From Octopus sinensis (Eukaryota): a DNA stretch of 64,000 nt. Below are positions 53,930-64,000 of the stretch, piece by piece; position 1 is the stretch's first letter, and each line of letters opens with the position of its first letter. The DNA lies in NCBI RefSeq assembly GCF_006345805.1, contig NC_042998.1, positions 13,020,001 through 13,084,000 of the forward strand, in the 5' to 3' direction. Made by a program: the position numbers and the translations under genes. Under the pieces are notes generated by a model, which worked only from the letters and a program-made list of their open reading frames with translations, did no database searches and had not been told where the DNA came from.

Positions 53930-56560
53930 CAGCAGATACGTGTAACGCCGCCAATGGGGGCATCGAAAAGCCGACTGTAAGAGCCCGTTTACCATCCGGC
54001 CTCTGGCAAACAAAATATGGAAGAGTTCGGAGACACAAAGTTTGCACTGTCTTCTGCCCCTATCAAATGGGAGGGCCCCGACAAAATTGACCATTCCAGC
54101 CTATAGCTTAAGTTCGCATCCTTCAGTCGCCATATTAGCTTACTGAGTCCCGTGGTCTGGCGCTTGTTCACGTCCCGAAAAGTTGCGTAATGGTTGGAGA
54201 CACGCAAAGACAATCTTGAGGATGATGCCCCTACATAAGTGAAGCATCTGAGTCCGTGTAACCTTGCATTGGTAGACGGCGTTTTTGATCTTGGAGTTCG
54301 CCGACGTGAATCTTAATCTGCTAGGATTAGTTTCTGAAATTAGAACTGCGTTCCTGTCACTATATTCGTTCCGAGACCTGCAGCCGCTTACTACTCTATT
54401 TTCCACTACGTCACTATTAACTATAGGAATAACCCCTGAATCTCCACTATCTATCAGAGTGCTGTCATTGCTACTTCCCGTGGTACTGCTATTGCGGGAA
54501 ATGATGCTGGGGATGCTAATGGGGCTCTCTACCCTACTCCCCTATTTCCGTCAACCACAACCCCCTATTTATAACTATACCCCTAGTGGGTACTCCCTGG
54601 CTGGAGCTGAGATTATGTGTCACTGTACTGGCTCTCATATCATTATTACTACTATAATTATTCTACTGAGCATTAACCGGGAGCGGAAGAGGCTGTGCCT
54701 CCGGAAAAAGGTGATAGGGTCTTCGTAAGTAGCCTATTATTATGGGAGGCGATTATCTGGGCGAGGTTTTTAGTGTTGGAGAAAGCTATCCTAACTTTAT
54801 GTGAGTTAACCGTGGAGTAATATTTGGAATTTCTGGGGAAGTTATTGGCGATGGCTTGTCTAAACATGAGGGGGAGGTTAGTTCTAATCTGCTTACCAAA
54901 GGGGATTACAAACCATATATGCTTATTCCTATCAGTGTGATGGGTCGGGACGCCAGCTCTCGCATTCGGGTGGGTGATTCTCGGATGAATAACGGGTCTT
55001 GGGTTAGTGTAAGACCTCCCGGACCGATAATTATCCTTGTTCGCTAAATTAAATGCGGGAGCGACTACCCCGGCATCCGCCGCGCTCCCGTCCTTACTTA
55101 AAATGTTAATGTTATTATATACGGCCCTATCCTGATGACCGAAGGATGGCATCGGAAGGGCCGGATCAATATAAATTACCTTCTGCCTATAACCGGCCTT
55201 GGATAGTGCGGCGTTATAAAATTCCGCTTTCTGCATAAAAATGTCGGCACTGGCGGACAAGCCAGACAATCTTAGAGAGATGTTTTTAACCAAATTGTCT
55301 GTTACGGTTTTGGCATGATTTGAGAAGACACTGACATACTTCAAATTAGTGGAAGGCTTATGGTAAGGGCAGTATGAATCGCTATTAAGGTTAAGTGTAA
55401 CGTCTAGGAAATTAGCCTTGGTGAGTTCATTATCAAAAACTATACTCATGCCCATTCTATTAAAAAACCTAGCTAACTGCTCTTAGTTTTCTGCACTATT
55501 CTGTTCGTGGTGTTTTGCAGGTAAAACAGACAATCGTCACGATACAGGCCGCCCGCGATCTCCGGGAATTGGTCGGACAATTCGTAGAGAATATATATTC
55601 CGACCAAATCGGCTATCTGCGCACTATCCGAACTACCCATAGGCACATCAAATTCATTGGGAGTATCTTTACGGATCCACAACTTATTATCAAACTTAAT
55701 AAACGATTTCCTGGCAACTAAAATGATATCTATCTCTTCTCTGGTGAGGCCAGCCTTGTTGTGAGCATGCCAGAGGGCCTTATTTAGCACACTAGGGTTA
55801 ATCGAGGGGTAGAAGCTGGCGATATCAAACTGAATGAACCTAGTACGGTTCTTATTGGGGATGGAAGAGAACCACTTCACTACCTGCGAGGAGTTGGCCC
55901 AGAGGCTGAGCTTCAGCTTGTTTACTAAACTAGGGATATATTTATCTAAAATGTACTTACTGATTATCCCGATATCAGATCTAGCAGGGCATATGAGTCT
56001 TAGCGCTGGGTTGGTGTGGAAGTTAGGTTTATGGTCCTTCACTATAAATCTGGGTTGCTTGGGGCTAAGCGGCTGAGTTCTCATTTGAATTCGGTGTTTA
56101 AATATTATATCCTTAATTCCAAGTTTACCTTCCTCAGGGTACTCCAATTGGTTTTTCTATAATTTTTCTTGATCTCTTTACCGAGTAAATCTAGGTACTG
56201 CTTAATGGGCATCTTGTATGTGTTCCTGGTCTTGTCGGACTGGACCAGGACTCCGTCCGTTCTATTAATGTCCTTGGTAATTTTATCTAGGTATCTGAGG
56301 TGGGCGTTTCTCCTGGGTGACTTCCTGAACTTAATCTTTCTAACTATGTCCCACAAGTCGTCCTCAAACTTCTTCAGTCTTGGGTTCGGTGGCGGCGTAT
56401 CCAATGTTTTAAAAAGCCGGCCGTATTCGGACGATGCTGTTGTCCGGTTCGATTTTAGATCTTCGTTCTCGTGGAAGAAAATGAGCCATCTTATCCGGTT
56501 TATGAATGCGTTGGTTTTACAAACCAACTCCTTAAGGAAGGCATCCTTTGGTGGTATAGG
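53930..56560 (-). pseudogene. PLE polyprotein (N-terminal domain, RT, GIY-YIG), frameshifted
   Basis: PIPPKDAFLKELVCKTNAFINRIRW..VKDHKPNF..RLICPARSDIG..FIQFDIASFYPSI..PMGSSDSAQIADLVG..GLYRDDCL..NFLDVTLNL..IWFVIPFG. Frameshifts near 56147 and 55470, and more in the EN region. Confidence 0.95.
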
Positions 56561-57193
56561 AGTAGGGTAGAGAGTAGGGTAGAGAGCCCCATTAGCATCC
56601 CCAGCATCATTTCCCGCAATAGCAGTACCACGGGCAGTAGCAATGACAGCACTCTGATAGATAGTGGAGATTCAGGGGTTATTCCTATAGTTAATAGTGA
56701 CGTAGTGGAAAATAGAGTAGTAAGCGGCTGCAGGTCTCGGAACGAATATAGTGACAGGAACGCAGTTCTAATTTCAGAAACTAATCCTAGCAGATTAAGA
56801 TTCACGTCGGCGAACTCCAAGATCAAAAACGCCGTCTACCAATGCAAGGTTTACACGGACTCAGATGCCTTCACTTATGTAGGGGCATCATCCTCAAGAT
56901 TGTCTTTGCGTGTCTCAAACCATTACGCAACTTTTCGGGACGTGAACAAGCGCCAGACCACGGGACTCAGTAAGCTAATATGGCGACTGAAGGATGCGAA
57001 CTTAAGCTATAGGCTGGAATGGTCAATTTTGTCGGTGGCCCTCCCATTTGATAGGGGCAGAAGACAGTGCAACCTTTGTGTCTCCGAACTCTTCCATATT
57101 TTGTTTGCCAGAGGCCGGATGGTAAACGGGCTCTTACAGTCGGCTTTTCGATGCCCCCATTGGCGGCGTTACACTTATCTGGCCTTTAAATAG
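56471..57193 (+). CDS. Intact 240-aa ORF in the inverted arm, encoding the PLE GIY-YIG endonuclease
   Basis: AVYQCKV..YVGASSSRLSLRVSNHYATF..LSKLIWRLK..EWSIL..CNLCVSE..VNG..RCPH. The N-terminal ~35 codons are antisense of the PLE N-terminus. Expression is unknown. Confidence 0.6.
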   Translation: MEENEPSYPVYECVGFTNQLLKEGILWWYRSRVESRVESPISIPSIISRNSSTTGSSNDSTLIDSGDSGVIPIVNSDVVENRVVSGCRSRNEYSDRNAVLISETNPSRLRFTSANSKIKNAVYQCKVYTDSDAFTYVGASSSRLSLRVSNHYATFRDVNKRQTTGLSKLIWRLKDANLSYRLEWSILSVALPFDRGRRQCNLCVSELFHILFARGRMVNGLLQSAFRCPHWRRYTYLAFK

Positions 57194-57793
57194 CGTTTAT
57201 AAATAATACCGGCACCCATAGCCCTTGGTAACAAATTCTGAAATAGCCTTTAAGATATCTACGATTAACCACTGCAAGGGGAATTACTCCTGTAAGACAA
57301 CGGGGCTTGGTTTTTTCACAGCGGGGTTTTCCTTGACAAGGCAGGCTTAGATGAACACACACACACATAAAACATAATATATATATATTTTTTTATTTTT
57401 TCTTTCTGCCACCCAACGGTTATCACGGCAGTAGCCACTGACAGCCGAACGATCAAACGCACACACGTACACAAAAAATGTTTTCTACCCCTACGCCAAC
57501 ACACACATATATAGAACAGTATACACACACACACACGTCTCTAAGTAGATTTTTCTCGCCCCTTATAAAACATCCAATATTCCTTAAATAGTCAGAACTT
57601 TATTCTCGGTCACAAAGAACATCTATACACCCTCACCCACATGATTGACCGATGCCTGACCCGTTGAATTCTTCAGCCACCGTTCTCAACATACACTGAT
57701 AAACAGTTTCGCCATGGGCTCTTAGGAGCACAGTTCGATTTGTTTTTTGCTCCGCCTCTGTTCTGTTTTTGTTTTTCCAACGGATTTCCTTTT

Positions 57794-57878
57794 TTCTTCC
57801 TGAAGAGAAAGACACAATATGGTCCCATTATTCAATCGGATTTTGGTAATTTGTGCCTTTCGAAACACGTGTGTAGAA
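57794..57878 (+). ncRNA. Hammerhead motif at the 3' end of the 53-58 kb PLE (mirror copy at 53236-53323, minus strand)
   Basis: CTGAAGA (57800-06)-gaaagacacaa..ttgtgcctttc-GAAA-cacgtg-TG. The mirror copy has GTA|gatg but the core CTGAGA. Confidence 0.65.
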
Positions 57879-58100
57879 TGAAATAAAACGATTTCTGTTC
57901 AATCTGCGTTCAGCTCCATTTCTTCAATTCACCAATAATGTTTTAATTTCAATTATCCGCACCAACGCACGGTTGCAGCGCCAGATGGTTGTACCTCCAA
58001 CCGTGCTGTTTACTGCTGTGATTTTTGCTACTAAGGTATCGGTTAAACTTTTGATTAATCTTCTACAAGATTATTCATCTTTCCATTTCACATAATATAT

Positions 58101-58169
<69 letters not shown>

Positions 58170-59039
58170 GTATGTCTATGTGTATTTGTGTATACATATT
58201 TACAGATGTATGAGTTATTCTGACACATTATTTCTAGCAATGCTGGTGCTAACTGGCATCCTTAATCACCTTAATGCCGTCTGCACTTGTGCCGTTTGGT
58301 TGTAAGTTGTGAAAAAGCCACCCTAATAATATTTATAAATCAGTAATGAAAAAACAAAATAAATTGTACAATTATAAATTCAATTCAATTTAAATATGTT
58401 ATACAAACAAATAAATTCAATTTTTGCTGGCACCGCCATTTGGGAACATCTCAGTATTATCGTTAAAGGTGCGAAACAGAATATTACCAATTGGTCAATA
58501 ACTGATGAAAGATTACGGACCTTCGGTTCTCTGCTCCTTTTTACATTCAGTATACGTTGCGTCGTTTGTTTATATGTTCATTTATATATAAAGATATACA
58601 GGAATACGGAGAAATAGTGTTAAGTGAGCACATCGACATTTGCGCCACTAATGAACAACCTAACTTTAGAATTTTTTCCCCTCTGTAATTTTAAGACCAA
58701 TGCAACCTATAATCAGCGCATTAGCAAAGAATCATATTTTATCGCAAATATACACACGTCAATACACACATACACTCATGATAACCCCCACAGGTCCATA
58801 CGCACACACGCGCATCACATGGAATGAACATCACTCTATATAATGTACACACTCAGATGCAATACACACGCACAAGTTCCTTTAATTTTCAGCTCGCCCA
58901 CACATACATACGCGCTCGCCCCATTCACTCATACACGCTCATAATCGCCATTCTCGCATAAACACGCTCACTAGGTCACTGTTTTTATCACCATTTTATT
59001 CAGCCTCTTTCTTCTGGACATTTAATCACGCTGAACCAT

Positions 59040-59190
59040 TAACTCTACACATTTTTTTCTTTCTTCTTAATCATTTCGGTATAAGAGCGTAGACTCGAAA
59101 CGTCAAAGACTTTTCCATTCTTCTTAAGCTTTAAACTAATGCATTTGCTTGTTGTACCTTCACCTGTTTTTGTCTATCGTCTTCTGTAAA
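59040..59190 (+). mobile_element. Diverged family H1 element
   Basis: a-gagc-gtag-actc-GAAA-cg-TC-aaag with a decayed core. Confidence 0.6.
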
Positions 59191-59220
59191 TTTGTAGAAA
59201 TATGTATATATATATATATA

Positions 59221-59345
59221 TAATCAGCCGAAATTGCTAAGATGATCTGGTTCTTGACTGATGACTGAGGGCTTCGAATGTCCCGTCCTGTGGTTCTTGT
59301 GTCGTCTCTGTGGTGTTTCATGTTCTTGTCCATGTCTGTAATTAT
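59221..59345 (+). repeat. Dispersed fragment homologous to the 61-64 kb tandem unit
   Basis: taatcagccgaaattgcta..gatgatc.ggttcttgactga.ga.tga.ggcttcgaatgtcccgtcc is shared. Confidence 0.8.
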
Positions 59346-59373
59346 TTTTACTGTTTACCTATATATATATATA

Positions 59374-59425
<52 letters not shown>

Positions 59426-59454
59426 AAGGGTGGAAAGGAACACACGAGTTGATA

Positions 59455-60784
59455 TATATAGAAACAACAAGTCAAAAATAGAAAATGCTAAGATGATTTT
59501 ATAGTGAATCTTCAGTAACGGTTTCGGTCATTTTGAGACCTTTTCAACTGTAACGATAAATAATTAAATTTTGAAAAATTTAGATAAATTAGAAGAAAGG
59601 TTTTTTTTAAAGGAATACTTCCATGGTAGTGTTCAGATATAGGTGGCATTCTGCCTTTCTCTGACTCCCTTGTTTGCACTTGTGTATTCGAGGTCGTTGT
59701 GAGTTCTTGAGGGGGTGGGAGGGGAAATCTGTGTTGGTGAGTGGCGACCGGCAGTCGCTGCGTAGGCGTTATATATTAAAGACATTAGTGGGGGTAGAAG
59801 GTGGAGAAGTAGAAGAAGAAGAAGAAGATGACGGTGCCGATGATGATGACGATGAAGAAGAAGAAGGAGAAGGGGAAGATGACGATGATGATGGTGTGAT
59901 GACGATGACGACGATGGTGATGATAACGATTGATGATGAAGAAGAAGAAGAGGAAGGAGAAGAAAAAAAAACAGAGAAGGGAGAATATGAATGGGTGAAG
60001 ATATAGCTGTTTGGGGCGATTAGTAATGGATTCTATGGAATTTAATATTTGTGTGTGTATATATATTTCTTTATTCTTAAGTTGAGGTATATTAATTGTT
60101 TGTCGTAGACCCGTTAAGAAGTGGCCTGTATTTTATAATAAGAGATTTTCTTTACTTATTCGTTGTCTCGAGGTTGTATCGTCCCTAAATTGGTAGAGGG
60201 GGAAAATTCTGAAGTTTGGTGTTTTTTGTTGGCGCAAGTATCTATGTTGGCTAAAAGCTATTTTTCTGTTTTGGGGAATTTTTATCTGGGATCTGTGCAG
60301 GGCCATTCGTTTACGCAAACCATTTTTGTTTGGCCTATGTACTGCTCTTGACACCCGGAGCAGGTTAGTGAGTATATTAGGTTCTCCGAAGCACATGTGA
60401 AGTTGCTTTTCACTTTAAACCGTTGTCCCTGTTTGAAGGAGAACTCAGAACCCTCGATTAGATAAGAGCAGTACATAGGCCAAACAAAAAATGGTTTGCG
60501 TAAACTGACCAACCCAGATTTTCCCACTCCCACCCCCTCAAGAACTCACAACGACTTCGAATACACAAGTGCAAACAAGGGAGTCAGAGAAAGGCAGAAT
60601 GCCACCTATATCTGAACACTACCATGGAAGTATTCCTTTAAAAAAACCTTTCTTCTAATTTTTCAAAATTTTTCAAAATTTAATTATTTAATCGTTACAG
60701 TTGAAAAGGTCTCAAAATGACCGAAACCGGTACTGAAAGATTCACTATAAAATCATCTTAGCATTTTCTATTTTTGACTTGTTT

Positions 60785-60790
<6 letters not shown>
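59455..60790. mobile_element. Short PLE with inverted arms (59455-59740 / 60506-60790), GIY-YIG relic and (GAA/GAT)n tract
   Basis: Minus strand 60095-60455: FKVKSNFTCASENLIYSLTCSGCQEQYIGQTK/NGLRKRMALHRSQI..KE..KYRPLLN. A second small inverted pair at 60310-60352 / 60463-60505 marks the inversion point. Confidence 0.9.
60695..60737 (+). ncRNA. Hammerhead with U3-A8 swapped core (mirror copy at 59513-59550, minus strand)
   Basis: cag-TTGAAAA-ggtc-tcaaaat-gacc-GAAA-ccgg-TA|ctg. The mirror copy has the same core but stem III ccgt. Confidence 0.7.
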
Positions 60791-60835
<45 letters not shown>

Positions 60836-60840
60836 CTTTA

Positions 60841-60933
60841 TTTAAAAGCAGCAGAAATTCAACAACACCTGTTACTCGGAGTTCAAGTTCCCGTTCGTCG
60901 GACAGTTTTTGTTAAATTTCTGCTGCTTTTAAA
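60841..60933 (-). repeat. Hairpin mini-element: perfect 19-bp inverted repeat enclosing a hammerhead relic
   Basis: tttaaaagcagcagaaatt / aatttctgctgcttttaaa. Inside (rc 60869-60905): ctgt-CCGACGA-acgggaactt-GAA-ctccgag-TA-acag. Confidence 0.75.
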
Positions 60934-61143
60934 TATAGCATATTACTCTACCTGGTATTTGAGTACTCTTTTTTCACATTGTTTCACATTTATGTGCTTA
61001 CTCGGTATATGCATATATATACATATATATACATATATATATATATATGTATATGTATGTATGTATATGTATTATTAGATATATTATATATATATTATAT
61101 ATATATATATATAATATATATATATATATATGTATATATATAT

Positions 61144-64000
61144 GTCCTGTTTTTACCATTATTGTTTTTGTATTTTTTATATTCGTGGCATCGTCCGTTT
61201 TTCTTTCCCTGTTTCGTATACATTCGATCCTTCTTCCAAGAAATCTAATGCTCGCAGCTTAGTTTTTCCTTGGGGCTGGCCGGATCGGAACGATCTCAAG
61301 ATTAATCAGCCGAAATTGCTAGGATTATCCGGTCCTTGATTGAAGATTGAAGGTCCGTGTTTTTTGTATCGTCTTCTAAATGTTTTACGTTCTTGTCCCA
61401 GTTTGTATTTTTCTACATATAAAATATATATAGCTGCGTCCGTACCCTCGTTGGCCTTATGTAAGTAGATATTCCTGTAAATTTGGAACGACTCTACACA
61501 CTGTCTCTCTCTCCTACATTTCTCTGCCTTTCACACTTTGCACTCTACTTTGATCTGTCCCCTTCTCTCTCTCTCTACTTCTCCTTTTCTCTTTTCTTGC
61601 CTCTGATTCTTCGGTCTACTCTTCCACCCACTCTCTCACAATTCTCTGTCTTTCTCACTTTGCACTCACTAGCCCTCCTTGGCACGCACACTTTCTTCTA
61701 CCCTCTTTAATTCCTTCTTTCTCTCTCTTCTCCCCCCTTTGTTGCATTCGTCCCACTTTCTCTCTCTCTCTTTGTTTCCTTTGCCCCCTTTCTTTTCTCT
61801 CTCTTCTCTCACGTGACCGCTGGTCAAAACCAGCCTTTTGGCCTCCGACCACTGCCGTGAGAAAATCTGTTGTCTTCGTCTGCCGATAAAGGCATTTTCT
61901 CCAAATACGCCAGCTAAACTTGTTGTACTGTTTATTAGTCGTAAGACACCTTCTGTTTTTGTCCTGTTTTTACCATTATTGTTTTTCGTATTTTATATTC
62001 GAGTGGCATCGTCCGTTTTTCTGTCCCTGTTTCGTATACATTCGATCCTTCTTCCAATAAATCTAATGCTCGTAGCTTAGTTTTTCCTTGGGGCTGCCGG
62101 ATCGGAACGATCTCAAGATTAATCAGCCGAAATTGCTAGGATTATCCGGTCCTGGATTGAAGATTGAAGGTCCGTGTTTTTTGTATCGTCTTCTAATGTT
62201 TTACGTTCTTGTCCCAGTTTGTATTTTTCTACATATAAAATATATAGCTGCGTCCGTACCCTCGTTGGCCTTATGTAGTAGATATCCTGTAAATTTGGAA
62301 CGACTCTACACACTGTTCTCTCTCCTCCATACATTTCTCTGCCTTTCACACTTTGCACTCTACTTTGATCTGTCCCCTTCTCTCTCTCTCTCTACTTCTC
62401 CTTTTCTCTTTTCTTGCCTCTGATTCTTCGGTCTACTCTTCCACCCACTCTCTCACAATCTCTGTCTTTCTCACTTTGCACTCACTAGCCCTCCTTGGCA
62501 CGCACACTTTCTTCTACCCTCTTTAATTCCTTCTTTCTCTCTCTTCTCCCCCCTTGTTGCATTCGTCCCACTTTCTCTCTCTCTCTTTGTTTCCTTTGCC
62601 CCCTTTCTTTTCTCTCTCTTCTCTCACGTGACCGCTGGTCAAAACCAGCCTTTTGGCCTCCGACCACTGCCGTGAGAAAATCTGTTGTCTTCGTCTGCCG
62701 ATAAAGGCATTTTCTCCAATACGCCAGCTAAACTTGTTGTACTGTTTATTAGTCGAAGACACCTTCTGTTTTTGTCCTTTTTAAACCATTATTGTTTTTC
62801 GTATTTTATATTCGAGTGGCATCGTCCGTTTTTCTGTCCTGTTTCGTATACATTCGATCCTTCTTCCAATAAATCTAATGCTCGTAGCTTAGTTTTTCCT
62901 TGGGGCTGGCCGGATCGGAGCGATCTCAAGATTAATCAGCCGAAATTGCTAGGATGATCCGGTTCTTGACTGAAGATTGAAGGCTTCGAATGTCCCGTCC
63001 GTGTTTTTGTATCGTCTTCTAAATGTTTTACGTTCTTGTCCCAGTTTGTATTTTTCTACATATAACATATATATAGCGAGATCCGTAGCCTCGTTGGCCT
63101 TATGTAAGTAGATATTCCTGTAAATTTGGAACGACTCTACACACTGTCTTTCTCTCCTACATTTCTCTGCCTTTCACACTTTGCACTCTATTTTGATCTG
63201 TCCCCTTCTCTCTCTCTCTCTCTCTACTTCTCCTTTTCTCTTTTCTTGCCTCTGATTCTTTGGTCTACTCTTCTCCCCACTCTCTCACAATTCTCTGTCT
63301 TTCTCACTTTGCACTCACTAGCCCTCCTTGGCACGCACACTTTCTTCTCCCCTCTTTAATTCCTTCTTTCTCTCTCTTCTCCCCCCTTTGTTGCCTTTGT
63401 CCCTCTTTCTCTCTCTCTGTTTCCTTTGCCCCATTTCTTTTCTCTCTCTTCTCTCACGTGACCGCGTGTCAAAATCAGCCTTTTGGCCTCCGACAACTGC
63501 CGTGAGAAAATCTGTTGTCTTCGTCTGCCGATAAAGGCATTTTCTCCAAATACGCCAGCTAAACTTGTTGTACTGTTTATTAGTCGTAATACAACCGCTG
63601 TTTTTTGTCCTGTTTTTACCATTATCGTTTTTTGTATTTTATATCCGTGTGGCATCGTCCGTTTTTCTGTCCCTGTTTCGTATACATTCGATCCTTCTTC
63701 CAAGAAATCTAATGCTCGTAGCTTAGTTTTTCCTTGGGGCTTGCCGGATCGGAGCCATCTCAAGATTACTCAGCCGAAATTGCTAGGATGATCCGGTTCT
63801 TGACTGAAGATTGAAGGCTTCGAATGTCCCGTCCGTGTTTTTTGTATCGTCTTCTAAATGTTTTACGTTCTTGTCCCAGTTTGTATTTTTCTACATATAA
63901 AATATATATAGCGACGTCCGTACCCTCGTTGGCCATATGTAAGTACATATTCCTGTAAATTTGGTACGACTCTACACACTGTCTCTCTCTCCTACATTTC
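61144..64000. repeat. Tandem array of ~813-833 bp units (3.5 copies, continuing past the window)
   Basis: Unit starts at 61144, 61961, 62774 and 63607; each has a long polypyrimidine tract; no meaningful ORF. Confidence 0.95.

Larger units (their letters stand above)
53174..57941. mobile_element. Near full-length Penelope-type PLE with ~1.37 kb inverted arms (53174-~54545 and ~56556-57941)
   Basis: The arms are reverse complements differing mainly by small indels. Minus-strand N-terminus/RT/linker/EN lies between and within them. Confidence 0.95.

Noticed and set aside
54285-54728. Plus-strand 147-aa ORF (and mirror 56500-56826)
   Set aside because: Antisense shadow of the PLE linker/EN region.
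59674-60006. Acidic 110-aa ORF
   Set aside because: Translation of a (GAA/GAT)n tract inside the PLE 3' region.
61260-61360. Complete hammerhead in the tandem unit (ggctg..cagcc-GAAA; downstream CTGAAGA..GAAT)
   Set aside because: No core in the correct position before stem II, and no valid stem III or NUH. Too many deviations on either strand.
61144-64000. CRISPR-like array
   Set aside because: Units are ~820 bp with no repeat-spacer structure; eukaryotic context.

Overview
AT-rich, microsatellite-saturated eukaryotic DNA. The SINE families and repeat content suggest an octopus or other cephalopod genome (inference from recognition, not a search). No host protein-coding gene can be confidently identified, and most ORF-track entries are translations of (TA)n/(CA)n/(TATG)n tracts. 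The window is a retroelement landscape. It holds three Penelope-like elements (PLEs) with head-to-head inverted architecture (41.4-43.9, 53.2-57.9, 59.5-60.8 kb), a fourth PLE fragment at the left edge, an RTE LINE 3' end, two RLE-type LINE relics, a solo LTR, three Tc1/mariner relics, about 20 tRNA-derived SINE copies of three families, and a ~815-835 bp tandem array running off the right edge. The most striking signal is roughly 20 minimal type I hammerhead ribozyme (HHR) motifs or relics from about 10 sequence families. They sit in PLE 3' ends and in small fold-back mini-elements. Two fully match the consensus (23256-23307, 25917-25963). Others show compensatory swaps of the catalytic-core 3-8 base pair (U3-A8 at 60.7/59.5 kb, G3-C8 at 52.8 kb) or shared core substitutions (U4C, A6U). 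All RNA structures were derived by eye and none has been folded computationally or tested.
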